Below are positions 12,401 to 22,631 of a DNA stretch of 64,000 nucleotides, piece after piece (position 1 is the stretch's first letter; each line of letters starts with the position of its first letter). Source of the stretch: Psammoneis japonica. Lineage: Eukaryota. The stretch is taken from NCBI GenBank assembly GCA_008632985.1, contig QPGO01000105.1, forward strand, positions 124,001 to 188,000, in the 5' to 3' direction. Under the pieces are notes generated by a model. The model was not told the DNA's origin. It made no database searches and worked only from the letters and a program-made list of their open reading frames with translations. A program made the translations under genes and the position numbers.

Positions 12401-15400
12401 AAAAAGTTGTTGCGGCCATAAAAAACTGCTTGCTGGCACCCGTCACTGGTGCGATTCTCATTGCTGGCTCCCATTCCCCCCTTGTTCATTGCTGGTCTCA
12501 GGGTGATGACTTTTCATGCATTTCAGTTCACTCCCGTCATGCCTTGCCACCAGCAACAAATGTCATGACATCACATGCCCAAAATGCTGTTGCTGGTTTG
12601 TGCCTGCAATGAATGTGCACATGATGGCAATTTGCACTTGAATTGAGATGTGGCCATTGATGTGCACCATGGTCGCATTGCCCCCCCCTTTTGCTGCTAG
12701 AATGTGCCAAGACAACAGTGCAATGCAACTGCAACAATTGCTGATTGGCTCTGTGACATCACACACATGTGCTGGTGCCCCTTGCGGCATTTGCTGGAAG
12801 TCAAATCAACAGGAACAATGGCTTCAAAAAGACTGGGGTTTTTGGCCCTGTGCAGAGCAAGCTGTGCAGCCCTCCAGAGCACTTCACCAACTTGAGCATG
12901 CACTTGTGACAAGTGGAGACAATCTTGCAGATGTTTCTCATTACAAACAGTGTCCCTTGCAGTCTTTTCTGGGGGTCCAAAGCAACAGGAACGACAGGTT
13001 CAGAGAGAAATTCTCGCAGCCTTTTTGGCCCGGCACAGAGCAAGCCACAGTCCTTGAGAGCACTCAACCAACTCAAGCATGCACTCACTGCAACCAGAGA
13101 AGACAATCTTGTGGATGGCTCTTGTTGGGAAGTGTGGCAGCACTTAAAAATTGGACTTTGGGTTTTGTTTTGTCACTGCAAGGAAACCAGCAAACTTTGG
13201 CAGTCGTCAAGCGTTTCCGATTTGCAATTCATTCCCGTTGTGCAACCATCTGATGACTGATGCTGCCAACTCTCAGTCAGCAGCGCGGCAAAATTCACAG
13301 TGACACTTTTCAATTCATTCTCTTCCTCTAAATTCTGATCTGTTCTGCTTGCTGTCTTTTCTCAACCTTGTCAAACTGATCTCACCAAAACAATCCGCCA
13401 AATCACTGTTCCTCTAAACTCATTTCTCTTCTTCTGTCTTCTGCTTCACGTTGCTCCTCTCTGTGAGATCAACATTGGTCCCAATTCTAACTTGTCAGAC
13501 TGACATTTTGTGACACCACTTTTGATCTTGGTTGGAACTCAATCAAATGTTCAGTTGAGTGCTGATCAAATTTGCACAAGTGTGTCTTTTGGGCTGGCAC
13601 ATGTGTGCTGTGCACGAGTGGCTCTTCTCCTCCTCTGACCTGCAGCGGCCAATGGGGAAGCATGTGCTGTGTCCTCCTCATGTCTTTTGCCTTGGTTGTT
13701 GTGTCAGATGTGGGGAGCTGTGGGCAGTTTGTGAGACACCTGTGCAGCACCACTGCCTTGTTGCTGAGGTTGCTTCCCAGCTCCATTGCTTGCTCAACAA
13801 AACTGTGCAGTCTGAACAAGGAGGCTTCACATTTCCTTCTCTCCATGGCATCCTGCCAAGCATGGCTGTGGCTGATTTCTGATTTTTTCTTATGAGCAAT
13901 TTTGGGCTCAGCTGACTCACATCACACTTGTTTTGATGTGCAGCTTTTGCACTCAAGGTCCTGCTGCTTTGACCATTTGTGCTGTGTTTGCTCTCTGGAA
14001 GTCATTGCTGGCCACACTTGACTGCAGCAGCAGCAGCGGCAAATGCTTCATTTCATGGGCTCAGCCAAAGTCATGTCACAAAGGCAGAAGATGGCAACAT
14101 GCACAAAATGCAGAGAATCTGTGACCAGCATTGTGCTGCACATCTCTGCCAACAGAAAAATGGCAAGTTCATGGCCAGCGTGGCCTTCTCATTGTGCAGA
14201 CAGAGCCAGGTCTCACAGCTGCAGCTGGTGTGACCCAGAAGTCTCTTTAAAATCTGCAGCAAGTGCTGCCTGTTTTCTGCAAACAAGACATGGCAAGCCC
14301 ATCACTGCCAGAGCAACCCAGCCACATGGCACAAAAAAGAAAAAGCAGCCACAAGCATCAGGAGACATTTTCCTGCAGGTTTTTTGCCTTCATTGCCAGG
14401 TCCCCCAAAGGTCTAAAATGTGCCACAGACTGTGCACATGTGCAGCTGGGTTCTTGCAAAGTGCCCTTGTCTCTCAGCAGCTGTGCTCCCCAGCCTGCTG
14501 TGCTGCTGGATTGCTGGTGAGCTTGAACCCTTTGTGCACAAAGATGTGTCATTGCAAAAAAGCAAGAACAGCAACAAAGAACAAAAGCTTTTGCTGTCTT
14601 TGAATTTTTGCATTGGACTTGAGGAAGCAGAAAGAGCAGACATGCAATCTCAGCTCTGGGGCTCTGCATGTGACCTTGCTGCACCAAAGCTGCTGCACAA
14701 ACTTGTTTTTTGACCATGTGCTGCACGTCACATGTGTGCGCCTCCACATGCATCTTTTTGCAACATTGTTTCATGGGCCTGCCCCCTGTTTTGTCAAGCC
14801 ATCAGAGTTTCATTTTCAAGGTTTGTGTGAGAACAAGGGCACAGGCCAGGCACACATTCTTTCAATGTCTGCTGCTGCTGCTGCTGCTGATGATGATGAT
14901 GATGACAGCAACCTTTTTTGCTGCAGAGTTGCTGACAGAAACTGCAAGGCCAGCACTGAGACAAATGTGAAAAGCGGCATGTCGGCCCACCCACACCTGT
15001 GATTTTTAACTTTGCAAAAATGGACTTGACTGTTGTCTGATCAGGTGCACTTTTCTTCAACACACTTGCAAAGTGTTCCCAACCTGACAACAGAGCCAAG
15101 CAGTGCAGAAGCACATGGGCTCTGTGGATCTTCCTTCAGCAACTTGGTGGAGGCATTTTGCACCGCATGACATTTTTGAAAAATTCCCAACCATCTTTGT
15201 CTCTCACCCCACCCCTGACCAGACTGGAGATAGATGGGCAAGATGACAGTCAGGGTTGGCTTCCTGCTCCAGCTCCATGAGGTGCAAAGTTGCTTTTGGT
15301 TTGGGACATTGACAAAATTTGAAAAAAGGACACACTGCACTGAGTGCGTGTGTGCTCACCAAAATTTTTTCAGCGCGATGGGTCAAACAACTTTGTCCAT

Positions 15401-17399
15401 TTGTGGGACACACAGAACATTTTGCCCAGCGATGTGGGCAGGGTCACAGCCCCACCAGTCTAATGCCACTTGTTGGCATCTCCCAGAAAGTCATGGCTTG
15501 TCTCCTGCAACAAGGCCAACTTCAGCTAAAAATTGGCAGTTTGCCCACCTCGAAACTGGGCAATGGCTGACAAGTGGCATTTGAAGCATCAAACGTGCAG
15601 CTCTTGCAGTGGTCTGCATGCCAAAATGATGCAGTGAAGTGTGAGAAATGCAAGCTGTTTTAAATTGCACCACAGCAGCGTGCAGATCCATCCTCAAATG
15701 ATGAGCGCAATTGGGCATTGTGCTTTTTCTGTGCCATCCATTTTCAAACTGGAAGCCATGCACAAACAACTCAACCCCCTTGACTCCACACCTGACAAGG
15801 GCAGTCACACAATGCAAGCCCAGACTTTTGCTGTGTTGTGAAAAACAACACCCCCAACAACGACAATCTTTGCTGGCATCTTGCTCAGTTGTTTGCAGCA
15901 GGTGCCTGAGAGCCCTCCTGCATGCCTGAAATGGCCAAGGAACTCACTCAATGCCAACAACATGCCCTTCATTTTCTTGCCATTGAGATTCTTCCCAAGA
16001 CAAAGCCTGTCTTTCTTGCTGCAACTCTGGACAGAAACACACAGACCCAGCCATCTCTGCCACCAAAGTTGTTGACAACACCAGGCTCTCAGCTGTCCTC
16101 CCCTGGAGCCTCCTGGAGCTCATGCACAGCTTTGTTGTGCCATTGCACAAAGCTGGCAACTTGGTCCTCTGCATTCTCTGACTGGTTCTTAGAGCTCTGT
16201 TGTCAATGATGGTTCTTGGAGCTCTCTTGTCAATGAAACCCATGACAGGAAAAGGAAAGTTGACAGCGTGCATCATCTCTCTCTCCTTGGAGCCACACAA
16301 CAGACAGACTTTCTCCTGCCTGCTGTGTTGCATGTCTCTCAGGACAGCAGACTAAAGTTGTGAAATCCAGGCTGACCTCACCCAACAACCACCAACCCTT
16401 GTTGACTCCAAATGATCCAAACAAGCACCTTTCTTCAGCCCAACTCCCTCGAGAAAGCCAGTGGCAGTGGCCTTCATTTTCTCTGCATCATCCTTGCCAA
16501 TGTTTGTTGTCAGAGGGTGTCATTTTGTTCGCTCTCTGACCAACACACCAGAAAATTTGTGGGCAGCAAGCACCGCCGTCAAGTTGGTCAGAGAGGTGCA
16601 CGATGAAGATGGCACCAGCAAGATGATGGTCAGATGCTTTGCAATGCTTGCACGGGGTGTGCAACTGCTGGGCTTGAGCCCCCTGGTTTGCAGGTGATGA
16701 ACACCCAAACGAGGCCCAAGAATGCTGCAGATGTCTTTCTCTCTGAGATTGACAAGCGCAGTGGCACCCATCATCTGAGCTTCAAATGGCTTGCCCAGCC
16801 TGTTCCAGCTCCAGGTGATCCACTTTTCATCACGCGAGAGGCCGACTTTCTTCTGTTTTGATCATTTCGAAAATCAAAAGGTGAGTGCACACCCAAAAAC
16901 ACACGCAAAGTGCGCGCTTGCCATGAAGACACGGCAGGGCCCAGCTGCCCAGCAAAGTGCCCAGTCAAGAGCACAGCACCCAGGCAAGCCACTGGAGGCC
17001 ACACGCTGCACGCAGCACAAGCAAGCTTGTGTGCTCACAACATCACTGCTCATCTGCTGGCGAACCTGGCAACTTTGTGCCCCCGTCGCTGCGCTGCTCT
17101 GTAAGCAGATTTTGCTGGCCCTTGCCCACAGTCGTTGCTGTGCATCGACCCAGACATTGGAGACAGCTGCCATGCTCTCCTTGTTGTCTCCCAAACTTGT
17201 GATGATGTCGCCCTTCTCACTTTGAATGATCAGCCAAAGCAGAGCTGGACGGCACTGAGGCCAACATGCACACAAAGAACGCGTGCAAAAGAGACAGAAG
17301 ATGGCACCACCCTTGCGGCACTGCCGGCCACCGCGCATTTTGGCTGGCAGCAGGAAAAAAATGCTGTTTCGATGCGGCCAACGCCATCTGCCCGCGCGT
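12400..17399. mobile_element. Decayed repeat block, probably several nested relics, unclassified
   Basis: Continuous TpA/CpG depletion and Tyr-free ORF fragments. Protein-like plus-strand pieces near 16540-17300 but no diagnostic motif. Confidence 0.5.
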
Positions 17400-17965
17400 N
17401 NNNNNNNNNNNNNNNNNNNNNNNNNNNNNNNNNNNNNNNNNNNNNNNNNNNNNNNNNNNNNNNNNNNNNNNNNNNNNNNNNNNNNNNNNNNNNNNNNNNN
17501 NNNNNNNNNNNNNNNNNNNNNNNNNNNNNNNNNNNNNNNNNNNNNNNNNNNNNNNNNNNNNNNNNNNNNNNNNNNNNNNNNNNNNNNNNNNNNNNNNNNN
17601 NNNNNNNNNNNNNNNNNNNNNNNNNNNNNNNNNNNNNNNNNNNNNNNNNNNNNNNNNNNNNNNNNNNNNNNNNNNNNNNNNNNNNNNNNNNNNNNNNNNN
17701 NNNNNNNNNNNNNNNNNNNNNNNNNNNNNNNNNNNNNNNNNNNNNNNNNNNNNNNNNNNNNNNNNNNNNNNNNNNNNNNNNNNNNNNNNNNNNNNNNNNN
17801 NNNNNNNNNNNNNNNNNNNNNNNNNNNNNNNNNNNNNNNNNNNNNNNNNNNNNNNNNNNNNNNNNNNNNNNNNNNNNNNNNNNNNNNNNNNNNNNNNNNN
17901 NNNNNNNNNNNNNNNNNNNNNNNNNNNNNNNNNNNNNNNNNNNNNNNNNNNNNNNNNNNNNNNNN
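17400..17965. other. Assembly gap (566 N)
   Basis: Run of N. Confidence 1.
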
Positions 17966-18224
17966 TCTCAACATCCCTTGGGCCGATTTTCGCGATTCTT
18001 GTTTCATTATTAATGGAAATTGTACAAGGAATCCAAGAGGCTTGGTTTTGTTGTGCAAATTCCATTCTGTGCAGATGGATTTATTGGATGCCGTGCGCAC
18101 AGAAATGATGCTTCAATTGGAAGGGGCGCTCCAGCGATGTTGTGGATTGAACAAGGAAGAATGAAGCCCTAGACACGCACTACATGTAACAAGAATATTA
18201 AATATGAATGTTAAACATGGCACG

Positions 18225-18535
18225 GGGTTTTTTACGTCAGTTGATCGTGTCGGGTTGCCTTGATTTGACAGAACATTCCACGGCACCAACCGGTTTGACA
18301 TGTAGCTGGAAATCGGCTTCCTCCGTGTTCCAACCATTTGACCTTGCTTGCATGGCAAGCTGTTGTCGCCTGGTTCGGGCGTTCCATACGCCTTTAGACC
18401 CATCCACCACGACATCGTTGGGGGTTGTTTGAATGGCCTCTGGTTGGTGAAGTCTTGTTCACATTGACAAGTCACCCCGCCAAGAAATAACGTGAGTGCT
18501 ATCAAGGTTGGCTTGTAATACTTTTTAGACGGCAT
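18225..18535 (-). mobile_element. N-terminal fragment of a putative Crypton-like (tyrosine recombinase) DNA transposon ORF
   Basis: The translation YKPTLIALTLFLGG...WWMGLKAYGTPEPGD...KPISSYMSNRLVPWNVLSNQGNPTRSTDVKN resembles, from memory, stramenopile repeat proteins with a KAISxFMPN...GNPTRS motif. It is truncated after GNPTRS and no catalytic residues are visible. Confidence 0.45.
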
Positions 18536-19114
18536 GGTCTCGGTTGTATTGTTGCATAAATCTATCAAAAACGCGACGTACCATGCAACAACCCGGTTGT
18601 TTCGATACGGGAAAAATTCCCGTGCTTCCTCCACAAGAACACGGAAGATACGGTCGCTGAAGTGGGGTAACGGTCAGTACAATGTGTAGAATTCAACGGA
18701 GAAATACTACGGAATACAACATGGGTTGTATTCCCGGGATAATGTACCGGTACCGGTAGGGCCTACAGTGCTACTATAGGTCTAGGAGTGTGTGGGATCG
18801 CTTTTTCCAACAACACCCGCCGAAATAATGTTTTCTCATGACTGCAGTGTTTTTAAATAATGAAGTTCGGACTCTATTTGCCATTTGGCCCTGCCTTTGG
18901 CGAGAAGGAGTTAGACTATGAACGAAGGTCACTTACTGTACCGGTACTTCTTGAAGCGAAGCTCGCGCCTTCAACGAAAAGCACCTCTGCTACTGGAGCT
19001 AGAGTAGAGGGCCTACAGCACTGTGTTAGTATACCACTCTTATTTCGAACAATCCACTTTGATTTGACTGAGTCTAAAAGCGCTACCTGGTAGGGCTACT
19101 GTATAGCAAGAACG

Positions 19115-21888
19115 ATGTTTTCGTTACCGCCCGATTACTTTGAGGAACTCCGACGAAACGCCTTGAACATCACGCGTGTGAACAATGTGGATGTAGTAAC
19201 AACTACACAGAGCGACACTTACGCATACTGTCACGTGCCGTATTTATATACATTCTCTTTCTTCAACAGCCCGGGTGGACCGCGGAAGCCGTATGCAGTT
19301 CAGGGCCCCTTTGAGGGGGCAGCAGCGATTCATCTGGCCATGATGAATTTGAATAATGGTGATGGAAGTATCGTGCCTGAAGTGGAGGGGCTGAACAAAA
19401 CTTGTAACCTTCGCTTCACTTTTGAAATATCTGATACAGAAGACTACGAAACCACCGCTGTTAACAATGTGATTGGAATTTTAGACCGTGAACCGGGCCA
19501 GCCATTACCACTTCCTTGTGCCTTTTTAGGAGCGAAAACTTCCGGAGTGACAATGCCAATGGCAATTTTCACCGGTGTGATGGACTATCCGCAAATGGCC
19601 GGGGTTTCCACGTCAAGCCGATTGGACGATCGTAGCCAGTATAAACTCTTCAGCCGTCTCGTGCCCTCGGATGACAGCACCGCCATCGCGGTCATCCTGT
19701 ACATGAGAGACGTCATCAAGACTGACTATCTGGCGGTGGTACATACAAACGCGGCTTATGCGAATGCGTTTCTATCTTCTCTCCAGAAAGCAGCCACACA
19801 GTATGCTCCCACGATGAACATCCAATCGATTGACCTTCCTGTCAACATCATCACTGATCAGGATGTTCAAACTGCTATCACTTTCCTTAAAAGCACACAG
19901 TTTCGCTACATATTTGCAGTTATTAATGGACCGAAAGCATACGAAAGATTGCTGACCGAAGCCTACCACCAAGGAATAGCTGGAGATGATTATGTTTGGA
20001 TCTTTTCCGATAGTCTATATGCCAAAACCATCACCGACCGAGAGTACGATAATCCTGATTCTCCATTGGCCGTTGCAGCTAGAGGAAGTTCCAGGCTCTT
20101 TGTGCAGCCGGGTCTGTCAGGGACCCCATCGTACGACACGTTTGTTTCGAATCTCAAGGAGCTGGAGAATCACCCAGACCATATTGAATTTCTGCAGTCC
20201 AAACACCCAGTATACGAGGGAGAGCCTGATTATGAACCACTTCAAGTGGAGCGAATTTTTCAATCACTGGAAAACCCTGGAATGAATGCTCTGTTTCTTT
20301 ATGATTCCACAATCGCCATGGGGTTGGCTGCTTGTGCGGCTGCAGACCCCATCACGTACTTTGACGGCATGACTCACTACGAACAGATTATCAACACAAG
20401 CTTTTTTGGGGTTTCGGGCCCAACGGTTTTTGATCCGAGTACTGGTTCGCGTGATCCTTCTTCCGCATATTTCCAGCTTCTCAACTTTGTCGAACGAAGA
20501 GACCCATCTACTGGAAAAGTCACTTTTGAGACGGTGCAGACAGACCTCTTTCGCGACGGTGCATGGGAGAGTTTAATACCGTACACTTATGGGGACGGGA
20601 CATCCAACACGCCTCCACCTCTGTCAGCGACTCGTGTAGACTTCAACTACATTAACGGAGTACTCCGTGGCATTGGACTTGCCTTGTCAGCCTTAACGAT
20701 AATCATTTCGATTGGGTTTGGGGTTTGTACAATCCGCAACAAAAAGTGCAAGATTGTTGCAGCATCTCAACCCATCTTTCTGCTCTTTATATGTGGTGGG
20801 GTTTTGCTGATGGGGTAAGTTTTCATTTATTCCGTTCCGTTTGTGTCTTCATCGTGTTATCGGATGAACTGAAGTTAACTTTTTTTGTTCACCGGCTTAG
20901 GTCCTCCATTATTCCTTTGAGTATCGACGATAAGATTACGAATATAAGAGGATGTGACATTGCCTGTCAAAGTACACCATGGTTGGCCGTTCTTGGCTTC
21001 GTTCTCATCTTTGCAGCGCTGTTTAGCAAAACATGGAAGGTCAATAAAGTATATCACAACCCTTCCTTGAAACTCATCAAAGTAACAGCCTTGGATGTTA
21101 TCGCCCCGTTGGTTTGCCTGTTGGTGGTGAATGTGTTGGTTCTCTCTCTTTGGACTGGTTTGGACCCGTTGTTGTGGGAGCGCCGAATCTCTCGCGTAGA
21201 TGTGTTTGGGCAAACTTTGGAAACAGAAGGACGTTGCGAGTCTGGCTCCTTTGCAGCTTTTGTGTCTGCGCTTGCGGCCGTCAACATGGGAGCTTTGGTC
21301 GTAGCTACATTCCACGCGTACCAAGCTCGTAACATTGCTGTTGAATTTTCTGAGAGCATGTATATAGGACGAGCCATTGGATTGTTTTTGCTGGCTTGTC
21401 TCTATGGGATTCCCGTTCTGGCCATCACATGGAATGATTCTAGTGCGCGGTACTTTGTGCTGATGATTCTCGCCTTTGTGTGCAGCAACTCAGTGCTGTT
21501 GCTCGTCTTCATTCCGAAGGTGATCTTTCATCACCAAGGTGGTTTCAAGAAGGCGAGTCGTATTGTCAACCGTCACGTACGTTCTTCTGAAGAGAGGAAC
21601 ACAACCTCAAGCACTGAAGGGTCTGGCCCGGTCATTAGCGGGTTGTCTCAGTCTCAACATAGCGCGACATCCGCCGTCGTTTCTGAAGGTTTTGGTATTA
21701 AAGTAATACATCATCCCGGCGCCCACGATCTACTAAAAGATGAACACCAAGAGCTACTCAGGGAACAAAAGATGCTTAAGGAACGTCTGAGACGGGTGGA
21801 AGAGCGTGAGGCACTGCATGCACAAGATTCGGACGCCGACAGTAAAGACGAGATTGAGGCAGAAAACACACTAGAGTCCACTCCATGA
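19115..21888 (+). CDS. Class C (GABA-B-like) G protein-coupled receptor, copy 2, intact
   Basis: Exon 1 19115-20814, intron 20815-20900 (GTAAG...TTAG), exon 2 20901-21888. Same architecture and motifs as copy 1. A further 5' exon cannot be excluded because no clear signal peptide is present. Confidence 0.9.
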
Positions 21889-22278
21889 TAACGATGCCCG
21901 ATAGAGTTGCCCTTCCCTATATGGGTTGAGAGCTTTTCTATAATGCTTTCGCTATAACCAGCTGTGCCGGCCTCTCTGGGCATGCTGGACAACCCAAAAA
22001 CTACTTGATGCTACCTGCTCACAGTCGATAGCGCGTGAAACTACTAAAACGCAACAAGATTCGGACGCCAACAGTGAAGACGAGATTGAGGCAGAACACA
22101 CACCAGAGTCCACTCCGCAACGATGCCCGATAGAGTTGTCCTACCCCCTGGGTTGAGAGCTTTCCTAAAATGCTTTCGCTTTAAACCAGCTGTGCCAGTC
22201 TCTCCGGTCGTGCTGGACAACCCAAAAACTACTTGACACTACCTGCTCACAGTCGAAAGCGCATGAAACAACTGAAAC
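21822..22278 (+). repeat. Diverged tandem duplication (about 230 bp) of the last codons and 3' UTR of GPCR copy 2
   Basis: 21822-22050 and 22054-22278 both read ACAAGATTCGGACGCC...GACGAGATTGAGGCAGAA...GCTGGACAACCCAAAAACTACTTGA...CTACCTGCTCACAGTCGA. Confidence 0.9.
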
Positions 22279-22439
22279 TCTTTTCTATCTCTTTCTTTTC
22301 GTACTATCTCTGTTTATATGAACTACTTCTACCCGGTTTTCTCTCAATCTTATTGTCACACTACAGCAATTTTGTCAGATCTTCTTCTTTCCAAATCACT
22401 TTTAAGTTTTTTTTCTAAATTAGGTCCTCCAGCTAGACC

Positions 22440-22594
22440 TGTCACTTCACTTCGGACAATTGACATTTTTCGTGCTGGTCTGCACAATTTCCATGCAATG
22501 ACTCTGTAGCACGCAATGATTCCTTTCGAAGCTGCTGGCGCATTTTGGCCCAAAAAGATTCACCCCACAGCTTTGGCCCGAAACCTGTGCCCGC

Positions 22595-22631
<37 letters not shown>

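Noticed and set aside
13240..13300. CTGATGA as a hammerhead ribozyme core
   Set aside because: No correctly placed GAAA or supporting stems are visible, and TGA words are over-represented in this DNA.
16745..16810. Minus-strand SHLKLR..GATAL resembling a tyrosine recombinase HSLRxGxAT box
   Set aside because: It needs a frame change, other recombinase motifs are missing, and the plus strand looks at least as protein-like.
1..17399. Dozens of overlapping Cys/His-rich ORFs taken as novel genes or as evidence of an alternative genetic code
   Set aside because: Loss of TpA removes TAA/TAG stops and Tyr codons in all six frames, which inflates spurious ORFs. Neighbouring real genes use the standard code.
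16874..18164. Long ORFs of 280-408 aa
   Set aside because: They read through the 566-N gap.
18860..19093. 77-aa ORF as a 5' exon of GPCR copy 2
   Set aside because: It has no signal-peptide character, no convincing splice donor and no counterpart at copy 1.
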